DNA of 64,000 bases from Candidatus Latescibacterota bacterium (GTDB taxonomy: Bacteria > Latescibacterota > UBA2968 > UBA8231). The number at the start of each line of letters is the position of its first letter. Position 1 is the stretch's first letter. The position numbers and the translations under genes are program-made. The stretch lies in NCBI GenBank assembly GCA_965200315.1, contig OZ241362.1, positions 1,440,001-1,504,000 on the forward strand, given 5' to 3'. The notes beneath the pieces are model-generated. The model did no database searches, had not been told where the DNA came from, and worked only from the letters and a program-made list of their open reading frames with translations. This document shows, piece after piece, positions 1 through 9,237 of the stretch.

Positions 1-1
1 T

Positions 2-1225
2 TGCCCCCAAGCCCACAATTTTGTTGGAGTCCTTCAGTAAGCTTTGGATATTCGCGTCGATCCCCTCAACATGGATATCCAATTGTTGTCCTAGACTCGC
101 AAAGTGATCGCTAACCGTTGTTGCGAGTGCAGAGGTGAACTCGCCACTGACCTGTTCTATGGCGAGATCGTCCGACGCAGCGGCGAAGAGAGGCTGATAG
201 CGATCACATATTGCACCCACGTCCCGGCTAAGATCCGCACGAGCCCTATCGAGACGTTGCTTATGCTGGTGTAGCTCTTGGTCCAGTTCTTTGCGTTTCC
301 CATCCGACTCTTTCTTGCGCGACGCAAAGTCTTCTTTCGACTCCAGCAAGCCACCGCGCATCTGCTCAAGCAGTGAGATTGTGCGCGGCACTAGGCGCAC
401 GCTGGCACGGTGTTGTCGTTCAGCCATGAGAGACGCCTTGCGCTTCTCGAACACCTCGTGGATGGCGGTGCGTAAAGGGCTAACGTCGCGTTCGGCCGCC
501 TCTGGGCCGGCACTGACGATCACAATGCGGCCCTCGGCTTCTGATTTTGAGCAGCCGATGGTCTGCGCCAGCGTGTTGGCCGTCTTCTCGGCTACCACCG
601 TACGCTCATGCTCTGGAAGTTGGTCGGCAAATGTGAGCGCGATGAGAAAGCGACGCTGCAGATGGCGGATTCCGGGAGAAGTGAGAAAGTCGGTGCTGGT
701 ACTCGTCAAGCCGCCCTTGCGGATATCCACACAGATCACAGTGGCATCTACGAAGGGTAGCTCTCCCAAAGTGATCTCGGTGTGTTCTTTGATGAGCGTC
801 GATAGTCCCGGGGTGTCGAGGAATACGAACCCTGCTGGAAACCCGGTGCGGGACGGGAGGCGCACAAGCGGTCGTCCCGGCGTGTGCCCGCGGGCGATAT
901 CATCAAAATCGGGCCGGTTGATCGTGGTCTGCTCACCCCCGTCGTCCACACGAAAATACTCCGGCTCTTCAAGCAAAGGCGTCGAAACCACCTGTCCGGC
1001 CCGCGCTGTACACGGCTCGAGCTGCGCTGGCATGAGATCCTCCACGCCTACTAGCTCGTTGATCAGCGTGCTCTTGCCACTGCTGAAGTCGCCCAGAAAG
1101 CCTATCTGCACCACGTCATCGCTTGTAAGGCTCTGGATATCGTCGGCCAATATTTCCAAGTCCCACCGCGAGGCTACCTCGCGAAGTGTCTCCAGTACAG
1201 TTGAGTCCCGTTGTTCCGTCGTCAT
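2..1225 (-). CDS. Dynamin-like GTPase (partial, runs off the left edge; absent from the ORF track)
   Basis: Manual translation from ATG 1225 (AGGAGG RBS): MTTEQRDSTVLETLREVASRWDL...QIGFLGDFSSGKSTLINELVG (G1)...EPCTA (G2)...FVFLDTPG (G3)...IALTFAD (G4-like), followed by a helical region. Confidence 0.85.
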   Translation of the reverse strand, partial: MTTEQRDSTVLETLREVASRWDLEILADDIQSLTSDDVVQIGFLGDFSSGKSTLINELVGVEDLMPAQLEPCTARAGQVVSTPLLEEPEYFRVDDGGEQTTINRPDFDDIARGHTPGRPLVRLPSRTGFPAGFVFLDTPGLSTLIKEHTEITLGELPFVDATVICVDIRKGGLTSTSTDFLTSPGIRHLQRRFLIALTFADQLPEHERTVVAEKTANTLAQTIGCSKSEAEGRIVIVSAGPEAAERDVSPLRTAIHEVFEKRKASLMAERQHRASVRLVPRTISLLEQMRGGLLESKEDFASRKKESDGKRKELDQELHQHKQRLDRARADLSRDVGAICDRYQPLFAAASDDLAIEQVSGEFTSALATTVSDHFASLGQQLDIHVEGIDANIQSLLKDSNKIVGLGA

Positions 1226-1276
1226 ATTCCGTATCCTCCTTTGTGCAAGTTAGAACTGATAGCCGAACTTATCCGA

Positions 1277-1550
1277 TTAAGAAAATTCCCATCCTTGGTG
1301 CTTGTCCCGCAAGTCGGGCAGCAGCTCAATGCGGCGAAAGGCCTCAATCTGCCATTGCGGCGAGCCAAACCAAATCGAATCCGTCCCCCACAACACATGA
1401 TCAACGCCGAGTCCCTTGATCAGCTTGGCCACCATGGCCGCGGCCAGTCGCGGATGCGTAATCGCCAGTGCCCCAAACGACAGGCCAATATCCGCGTACA
1501 CATTCGATACCCCGTATTCGGCCGGGATGGCAGCCAGCTCGTCAATCCAA
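1277..1550 (-). pseudogene. C-terminal remnant of an amidohydrolase_2-family protein
   Basis: WIDELAAIPAEYGVSNVYADIG...GVDHVLWGTDSIWFGSPQWQIEAFRR matches the amidohydrolase C-terminus (NVYAD, WGTD); no N-terminal part. Confidence 0.65.
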
Positions 1551-1659
1551 ATCAGACATGGTTCGGGTCCTTTCTCGTGCCTGAATATACGCTACAATAG
1601 CCGTAGCGCATCCGCTGCGTCTTATTTTCCCGCGCCACTCCTCACCTAGAGTATTCATC

Positions 1660-1760
1660 ATGCACATCGGCATCATGGGCGTCCCCTACGGCCACATCGG
1701 CGGCATGAGCCAATCCTCCTTACAGGCTTGAAGAAAACGACGCGCTCTGCACACACTACG
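1660..1760 (+). pseudogene. Possible N-terminal remnant of a Gfo/Idh/MocA-type oxidoreductase
   Basis: MHIGIMGVPYGHIGGMSQS resembles a Rossmann beta1-alphaA start; the frame stops after about 23 codons. Confidence 0.3.
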
Positions 1761-2021
1761 CATCTATCTCCCGGGATCTCGACGTTTCCAACAAGGATTC
1801 ACGGTTGTTCACCACACCAGTCTTCGCCTTGCCCAAGTTTGTGAGACTGCTCTTACCTTTAGGCTTGTCTTGCCGCTTCCCACCCAGCCGTTACCAGCAG
1901 CTACGCAGGGGAAAGAGACGACAGGCCTGCATACAGGTATGGGAGCATCACCTAATTTCTTAGAGGCGGTCTGAAAATTCCCATTGGATTGCTTGGTGTG
2001 AGCTGGCCCGTGGCCTTGGCG

Positions 2022-2645
2022 TTAAGCGTTTTGCGCGGGCGAGACGCCCTCGAGCCGAGGGGCTTTGAGCCATCTAAAAGAGAATCCCGGTAAGTCCACG
2101 GGAATAGCCAACCCAACCGAGCCAGAGAGTTGTTGGTGCAGGATATGGTCGCCGAGATATGACTGGTTCACCGTAACGTATCTTGTCTTGAAAGTCAGCA
2201 GCCAGTCCTTCCATAGACGGTAGCCAACCCCGGCGCCGAAACCTAGGCCCGCAAGCGAAAGAGAAGTTTCCTTGTAATCAAAGCCTATGATAGAAAATCC
2301 GTATTCGAGAAAACTGGTCCAAGAATCAGTCAGTTCAAAGGAATGATAAACGAGGAGGTGTGTTAGCAGAATCGGTGTGTCGCCGGCCCTGATCAGGCTG
2401 TTTTGGCGAACCGTGGTTTTGGCCCCGCCGTGGCCGAGGTAAACACCTGTGGTACTCCTATCCCTGACAGCGAGCGGTTTCCACACACCGAATTCTAGCG
2501 CAGGGGATTGCCCAGTAGATCGCTTAAAACTGGACAAAGCACCCGCTCCCATGAGGAAATAAAAATCGCTCCGCTTTTCTGCTGAGACGCTGCCGGGCAC
2601 AACAAGCCCAAGGAGGGCAATGAGTCCTTTTGCGAGTGCTTTCAT
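2022..2645 (-). CDS. Outer-membrane beta-barrel protein (OmpW/OmpA-TM-like, small barrel)
   Basis: Signal peptide ending SVSA-E; amphipathic strands (GLGFGAGVGYRLWKDWLLTFKTRY). Confidence 0.65.
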   Translation of the reverse strand: MKALAKGLIALLGLVVPGSVSAEKRSDFYFLMGAGALSSFKRSTGQSPALEFGVWKPLAVRDRSTTGVYLGHGGAKTTVRQNSLIRAGDTPILLTHLLVYHSFELTDSWTSFLEYGFSIIGFDYKETSLSLAGLGFGAGVGYRLWKDWLLTFKTRYVTVNQSYLGDHILHQQLSGSVGLAIPVDLPGFSFRWLKAPRLEGVSPAQNA

Positions 2646-2663
2646 TGAGTAGTTCGCTTTTGC

Positions 2664-4262
2664 TCAGCGGGCGATCAGCACCGCTATCCGATGCGGCTCG
2701 GTTCCCGGCGGCAGTCTCCGGGCCCCGTGAGCATCTCGTAGCGTGAACGGGTGGTGCATGAGGACGTCCTGCTTGCCGTCCTTGTTGAAGTCCACTAGCC
2801 ACGTGTATTCCTCGTCGTTGGGCACGACGATCGCAACGTCTTGAGGCCGCCGGGAGAACAGGTCTGGCCCCGGTACGCCGACAAAGACGTCTAAGTGCCT
2901 CGGGTGCTGCCCGATGAGCAGGTCGGAGAGGCCGTCGCCGGTCACATCCCCGATGAGCAAAGTCGAGTTGAACGCGCGCGGCCAGCCCTTTTGCGCCTTG
3001 CGGCTTTCGTGCATCGCCCCGCGAAGCGCGATGTCCAGCGGCACCCATCCTCGCTCCTTATGGCTAGGGACGCCATCTAACGCAATTCTAAGGGTGGCGT
3101 TGGGTTTGTCGCGGTATAGGCCGCCTATTTGGTAGAACTCAAGGTTCAACCAAATGTCATCGCCCATGAACCCTTTGAACCTCTTCCACAGGCTGCTCTC
3201 AAGGTATTCGACCTCAATGGTTGTGAACATCAATTCGACTTGGCCGTCGCGATCAAAGTCGCGTCGGTCCATCCCGAGTTGGATGCTGCCATCAGACCGG
3301 AACGCGGCTCCGACCTCCGGCGCAAACGCGGTGCCGCCAGCGGCTGTTGGCATGCCAAAATGCACCTCGAAGGCAGAACGCTTGCTGGAAATGCTCCGGC
3401 CCTCCAGCAAGAAAACCACTAGGTCGGCGGCCCCATCGCCGTTCAGATCGCCCAACGAGTGCAGCACCTTCCCAGTCATGTCTCCGGTGGCGAGCGAGGA
3501 AAAATCGTCAGAGTCGAATGCCACATCGGTCGCGAAGGTCGCGGCCGCCGGAGCAAATAGCCCGCGCTCGTCTTGGAGATGCACCTCAAAGTGGTCTGCG
3601 TTCCAAAACACCAAATCGCGCCGGCCATCTCGGTTGTAGTCCATCTCGTGGACGCGGCTCTGAGACCAGGGGTTGTAGCGATAGCCGTCGGCTCCGTAGA
3701 TCATACTCATATCGGTAGCAGGGCCGATCTTCACCGGATCGGCGAACGCGCCGTCGCTCGTCTGGACGAACACCCAGAAGCCATCGACATCCGGCACGAC
3801 TAGGTCATCGCGCTCGTCGCCGTTCACATCGCACGTAACATCTACATGAGGAATTTCGCCGCTGCGAGGCGGATTGAAGTTGGAAACAACCGCCACTAGT
3901 GAGCGTTCCGTCGCCGATTCGGGATCGAACCAGTTCAGGCGACCGGGCTCGTACGCAATCAAGCGGTCGCGGCCGCCGATGTGGGCCACATCGACGAACG
4001 CGACTTCGGGACTCAGCGTTGCGTCGAGTAGCGGTGCCCAAGTGCTGTCGCCGAACGCGTACAGGCGCAAGCAGCGGTCATCGTTGTCGTCGATGTTCAC
4101 CACGGCAAGGTCTGCGACAGAGCCGCCGAGCAGGAACCCCGTCAAAACGGTCTGGCGTTCCGCCGAGCCAATGACGACCTCGTATTGCTCGAAAGTGAAT
4201 TCTGCGGCGGCCGGCACCGTGAAAATCGAGAGGAAAACCCCAAAAGCCAGCATGGAGCTCAA
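2664..4262 (-). CDS. Secreted FG-GAP/VCBS-repeat protein
   Basis: Signal peptide; repeated Ca-binding motifs DVNGDERDDLVV, DYNRDGRRDLV, DLNGDGAADLV, DFDRDGQVEL, DVTGDGLSDLL, DFNKDGKQDVL. Confidence 0.85.
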   Translation of the reverse strand: MSSMLAFGVFLSIFTVPAAAEFTFEQYEVVIGSAERQTVLTGFLLGGSVADLAVVNIDDNDDRCLRLYAFGDSTWAPLLDATLSPEVAFVDVAHIGGRDRLIAYEPGRLNWFDPESATERSLVAVVSNFNPPRSGEIPHVDVTCDVNGDERDDLVVPDVDGFWVFVQTSDGAFADPVKIGPATDMSMIYGADGYRYNPWSQSRVHEMDYNRDGRRDLVFWNADHFEVHLQDERGLFAPAAATFATDVAFDSDDFSSLATGDMTGKVLHSLGDLNGDGAADLVVFLLEGRSISSKRSAFEVHFGMPTAAGGTAFAPEVGAAFRSDGSIQLGMDRRDFDRDGQVELMFTTIEVEYLESSLWKRFKGFMGDDIWLNLEFYQIGGLYRDKPNATLRIALDGVPSHKERGWVPLDIALRGAMHESRKAQKGWPRAFNSTLLIGDVTGDGLSDLLIGQHPRHLDVFVGVPGPDLFSRRPQDVAIVVPNDEEYTWLVDFNKDGKQDVLMHHPFTLRDAHGARRLPPGTEPHRIAVLIAR

Positions 4263-4355
4263 ACACTGTTTCTAGGGCCGGACAGAGAAGCCGCAGGAAT
4301 CTTGAACACTTCCTCGGAAGTCTCCTGCTCGGCGTATAGATTACCCATGCAATTC

Positions 4356-7055
4356 TCAGCGGATCAAGGCCATCCGCCCCACCGCAGTAAAGGCTTCCCC
4401 GGCGGCGAGTCGGTACAGATAGACGCCACTGGCCGCCGGCCGCCCCTCGTCGTCGCGGCCGTTCCAAGAGGTGCGATACGAGCCGGCCGCCAGCGTCTCG
4501 CCACGGTGCAGGGCGCGGACGCGGCGGCCGAGCACGTCGTACACCACTAGATGCACAGGTACGGTCCTCGGCACGTCAAAGGCGATGGTTGCGTTGGCGT
4601 TGAATGGATTGGGCCAGTTCCCGCGCAACCGAAACGCCGCGGGCATTCCTGAGGCTTGCTCGGCAATCGCCGTCTGGACCTGATTCGGAGCTCCCGGCGT
4701 AGGGGTGCTTACCGTCTGAAAGTCGCCCGTAATGTCGGGGACGCGCGCCCAACTCGTTCCCTCATCGGCCTGTCCCTCTTCCCAGTCAATCTGAGCGACC
4801 AAAGTGCCATCGGCCGTCCAGATGCCCAGCTCCTCGTCGCGGCCAAGAGCAAAGCCGGGCCACCCGTCTTTATCGAGCTGAACCTGTAGAAACGCCCCCG
4901 CTGCGATGACTGTGCCGACCGGGAAGGGAGTGCGCTTACTCTCGTCCGTCAGGTCGTCGGCCATCACCAAGTCTGCAAGCTCTATCGGCTCATCCGCGGC
5001 ATTGTACAGTTCAAACCAGTCGAGGGGATCGCCTTGGGCCGCGACCTCGTTGATAATTAGTCTGATTTCTGCCCTAGTTTCTTCGTCGTCATCGCCTGAC
5101 GCCGCGTCCCCGCCGCCGCCAAAGCTGAGCAAGGTGCCGTAGAACCGCCCCGCAACTTTTGCGCCCGGTTTTGTGCTGGCCTCGCTGAATTCAATCCCTC
5201 CCTTGGCGATTAGGTCGAACTGCTCGGGATCACTAAAAGGCGATGGCAACACCACTCGGTAGCCGCTGACCGCATCCATGTCAATAGCCCAGCTAGCACC
5301 ACTCGCCACCCAGTCAATCGGCAGCGAAGCGGTGAGAATGTCGATAGCAGCGTCTTCTCCGAGGCTGACAATGGAGATGGACGCCACGTCTTCCGCAGCG
5401 CGTCCTTTGCCCTCTGCGCCCACCGCGTCCTCAAACTCGCCTTGGTCTATCGACCCGTCGCCATTGGCGTCAATGATCAGAATTTCGTCCCACGGCGGCA
5501 GGTCTTCGATGCCGAGTGCAATGGCCCCATCGTAGTCCTCTTTATCGAAAACGCCGTTGCCGTTGCCGTCGAGCGCGCCCAGTGTTTCATCCCAGCTTTC
5601 TCCTTCCTCGGCATCGCCCTTTTCAAGGCCGGCCGTAGCCCCTGAGTGTTCAAAGCGCAGCTCTTTTCCCCCGAACTCATAATGGGTGAACGAGACCGTT
5701 CCTTCCGCCAGCGGATTTTCGCTCCCGCTCGACCCCCATGTCGTCTCAAAGTGCAGCTCAAACGCGCCTCTTTCCGGCCAGCAAATGTCGGCTGAGGCCA
5801 GCGGCCAAGGCCAAGTGGGCGGCTCTGGATCGAGATCGGCTAAGATCACCGCACGCCGCGTACGGATGAACTGGCGCACCCGCTCGGCGTCGCGGGCAGC
5901 ATGGGTGCGCCTTTCTATTAGGATGTGCTGCTCGACGATCGCCGCCATCTCGTCGGCAAGGCCGAGCAGTTCTTCTTCGTTCCAGACCGCGTCGAGCAGT
6001 TGCTTGAGGCGGGCTACATAAGCCGTGCGCATCGCGTCCTCTTGGTACAAACGGTGGGCGATGGCCCCGTGTGCCATGACCGCCGGCGGCGACTCAAAGT
6101 CGTCGAAGGGGCCGTCGGTCGAGGTAAAAACCTGATCCGCGCCCCACGGTATGAACACAAATGGCGCATCCGGCGCTCGGTAGATGTAGAAGTTATTGCG
6201 GTTGCCAGCGTACCCATCCCAGTGGCCGATGAGCACTTCGACGGCCCAGAAGGTGAGGAAGCGGTCGAGGTCAATGGCCGCGGCGAGGGCTTCGAGCCCG
6301 GCCGGGGCGGAGTTTTGCAGCGCGTCGACGACCGCATCGATATCCGACCAATCCGCTTCTGCCTCGTTGGTTTTCTTCTGAAAGGTGCCGCGCCACTCGG
6401 GGCGGAAGTCGCTGACGGTCCCTTCGTAAGAATTGCCGCTCGAATCGGAAAAATTGCGCTCCAAAAAGGCGGTTTTCACGCTCTCGACGTGTACGTACAA
6501 GCCCAAGTTTTCGCCGTTTACCTCAACCGTGGCAAAGTTGCAGCGCGGTGCCGGCAGGCCGGCGGCGGCAAAGATGTGGTAGGCCATGCAGGTATTGATC
6601 ATGGACGGGTCTTGCTGGGCATTGTTCAGGGTCAGGCGCTTCATCGCGCCGCCGAGAAGCTGGCCGTCAATGAACTTGTCAAAGCGGACCTTGAGTGAGG
6701 GTTTGACCTTACTCAGCGATCCTAAAAACCCTTTCTTGCGGACGCCGATTTGGCTGTGGGTTTCGCCATCTACAGTTACGGTCGCCTCGAACCAAGTGAA
6801 AATTTCATCCGCGGGGCTGTCGAGGCAGTCGGCACCGCCGAGTATATCCGCCAAAGTCCGCGTCTGGGCACGCAGCCGGTCCCAATCCTCGGGTGCCATC
6901 TCAATGGCCACGTCGAGCACGCGGTCGAGGGCGAAGTAGGGGGCACTGGAATGGGGAGCGTCCGCCGGGGCTTGGCTCAACGCTGGGCCGGCGGCCAAGA
7001 GAAACGCCGCGATCGCGATACGTGCGGCCCTAAGTAAACTCTGGTGGTTTTTCAT
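4356..7055 (-). CDS. Secreted CotH-family kinase with EF-hand pair, lamin-tail domain and FlgD/T9SS-type C-terminal domain
   Basis: CotH motifs IGVRKKG, KPSLKVRFDKF, LTLNNAQQDPS, HWDGYAGNRNNFYIY, FIPWGAD; EF loops DGNGNGVFDKED and DANGDGSIDQGE; LTD IINEV..DWFELYN; CTD NWPNPFN..VYDVLGRRV..WNGRDDEG..ASGVYLYRL. Confidence 0.88.
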   Translation of the reverse strand: MKNHQSLLRAARIAIAAFLLAAGPALSQAPADAPHSSAPYFALDRVLDVAIEMAPEDWDRLRAQTRTLADILGGADCLDSPADEIFTWFEATVTVDGETHSQIGVRKKGFLGSLSKVKPSLKVRFDKFIDGQLLGGAMKRLTLNNAQQDPSMINTCMAYHIFAAAGLPAPRCNFATVEVNGENLGLYVHVESVKTAFLERNFSDSSGNSYEGTVSDFRPEWRGTFQKKTNEAEADWSDIDAVVDALQNSAPAGLEALAAAIDLDRFLTFWAVEVLIGHWDGYAGNRNNFYIYRAPDAPFVFIPWGADQVFTSTDGPFDDFESPPAVMAHGAIAHRLYQEDAMRTAYVARLKQLLDAVWNEEELLGLADEMAAIVEQHILIERRTHAARDAERVRQFIRTRRAVILADLDPEPPTWPWPLASADICWPERGAFELHFETTWGSSGSENPLAEGTVSFTHYEFGGKELRFEHSGATAGLEKGDAEEGESWDETLGALDGNGNGVFDKEDYDGAIALGIEDLPPWDEILIIDANGDGSIDQGEFEDAVGAEGKGRAAEDVASISIVSLGEDAAIDILTASLPIDWVASGASWAIDMDAVSGYRVVLPSPFSDPEQFDLIAKGGIEFSEASTKPGAKVAGRFYGTLLSFGGGGDAASGDDDEETRAEIRLIINEVAAQGDPLDWFELYNAADEPIELADLVMADDLTDESKRTPFPVGTVIAAGAFLQVQLDKDGWPGFALGRDEELGIWTADGTLVAQIDWEEGQADEGTSWARVPDITGDFQTVSTPTPGAPNQVQTAIAEQASGMPAAFRLRGNWPNPFNANATIAFDVPRTVPVHLVVYDVLGRRVRALHRGETLAAGSYRTSWNGRDDEGRPAASGVYLYRLAAGEAFTAVGRMALIR

Positions 7056-7276
7056 TGCGTTACTCTCCGTCTGCTTGAATAGGTGAAAATCCGCTTACTA
7101 CACGACACCAAGGGCACACCAGAAGACGCGCACACAGAGTAGGGGCGTGTCGCGTATCCCCTTCCACAGCGCACCGTATTTGAGGTGCTGTGGCGCGGCG
7201 ACTTAGACCAATCCCCGGATGTCATTGTCGCCATAGCCATCCTACAGGACTGGCGCAGCGGGATGGTGGGAAATCC

Positions 7277-9237
7277 TCAGCCGTGCAAGACCGGATGGCC
7301 ATTGCCGGGAAAGAACGCCACATCCACGAGGAAGGACAGGCCCACGCCGAGGAAGTAGCCCACAATCAGGCCGATGAAAAACGGCGCGGCCTTGCGGTAT
7401 AGCTCAATGCCGCCAAAGCGCATGATTAAGCTCTTGGCCGCCCAAGACACAAAAATCGCCGGGGCTTGATTGCGCACCATCCAAATAGCAGAGATCGCCA
7501 AGCCCACCGGGTGCAGGGGCCACCACGGGAACCGATACTGCATAAACGTCAAAACCGACATCGCCGCCGCGCCAATGCCGAAGAAGCCCAACTTTTGCGC
7601 GTGAAAATCGGCCGGGGCCTTTATCTTGGCCATCACATCGCCAAAGGCCATGACACCGGCACCCGAGGAGACGCGGAAGATCCAAGAGTTGAAGTTGGAA
7701 GCTCCCTGCTCGTAGGCCATAGCGATGAGGTTGGTCAGCGAAACCACAAAGGACAGCACCACCGCCAAGGCAATGGCCAAGACAAAGCCGCGGCGGGCAA
7801 TGCGCAGGCTGTGTTGCAGCTTTGCAGCGTGCGCGGCCGAGGGCATGAAGATGGACTGCACGTCGCCGAAAAAGGAATAGGTCAGCCCCAAGGCCGCCAA
7901 ACCCGTCGGCGAAATGGCACTAGTGCCCAGCGTCATCATGGTCATCGCCTGACTGACCACCGGCGTGGTCAAATAGAACACGCCCGCCTGGACCACTAGG
8001 CGCGTAATGCCCAAATAGGCGATGAGGACGCCGGCCAAAAAGAGCACGGCGACCAGCCACTCCATGCCGGCCTTGTGCAGCCAAGTTAGCATATAGACGA
8101 CCCCGACCAACAGGCCGACGACCGCGCTGCGATAGGACATCAACTCGCGGCGGTCGTCAACCGGGCAGGCTGGATTCCACGCCTTGCGGAACACATCCTT
8201 GAGGTGATCGCGCGCCATCCACAGCCCCCACAGCACCAGCACCACAAACGCCCCCAACACTGCCAAGACGTCGAAGGCAGTCCCCACACGAACTTATCCG
8301 CCTCGGTGACGCCGAGGCCAAAGCGATTGAACAAACCCTCCTCGAGCAGCGTCAGCAAGAAGAAGAACCAGATGCTGAAGGTCACATTGAGGTTGGCAAA
8401 ATACATGAAGCCAATGACCGGAAAGTAGAAGCGGATATTAATGGTCGGAAAGCCGTGCGCGATTTGGATGGGATGGTGCCACTCGATCTTGGGGAAAAAG
8501 TGAAAGAAAAAGCCGACGATATTCCACAAGACAATGCAAAGCGGAATGGCCGCACCGGCCCAGAAAACTTTGCTGTACATGACCACTGGCAGTCGGCGGG
8601 AGCTGTCGGCGTTGGTGACGAGGGCTTGGGGCACCTCCATCAGCGGGTAGGCCAACCGCTCGCGCTCGACCCATTGCTTGCGGAGGATGACCACCACACA
8701 GAAACAGACCAAGTACAAAGTCCATATAAAGCTCAGCCACCAAAACAGCGGCATGGCCCAAGCGGCTAGCAAGGTGAGCCAAGGGGTGGGTTCGCCGAGG
8801 GGTAGGCCCTCGAAAAACCAAGTCATGGCCAAGCCGTCGTTGGACGGCAGCAGCCAAGCGGGCAGGTAGGGCAGCACGTAGGTGCCCCATTGATTCTCCG
8901 CCGACGCAAAGTAATAAGGAGTCGTCGGTATGGCTAGGAAGTAGCCGCTGAGGAAAACCGGGATGCCCGTACAGACCAAACCCATGACGACGACCGCGAT
9001 CATCTCGGCCGGGCGCAAAGCCCAGTTTGAGTTGAAGGTCTTTAGCAGGGCATTGGTGAAGAGGAGGCAGACAAAGAGAAACCCCACCCCAATCGGAAAA
9101 AACGACCACGTCATCTCGGACGAGCCAAACGTCCAGATCGAGTGGGGTGCTCCCAAGCTGATCAGCAGCACCACGGCGCAGCCCACGAGCAAGGCGCGCA
9201 CACTAACGCCGGTACCCTCTTGCGCGGCCTCAGCCAT
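7277..9237 (-). pseudogene. DUF6785/DUF6784 polytopic membrane protein (OPT-like putative transporter), split by a 1-nt frameshift
   Basis: ORFs 8140..9237 and 7277..8287 together are colinear with the intact paralog 9230..11230; coding-strand G5 at 8251-8255 versus G6 at 10204-10209. Confidence 0.85.

Noticed and set aside
291-1253. 320-aa plus-strand ORF
   Set aside because: Antisense shadow of the dynamin-like gene; Ser/Arg-rich with no motifs
7052-7240. 62-aa ORF upstream of CotH
   Set aside because: No recognisable features; overlaps degenerate REP/MITE-like sequence
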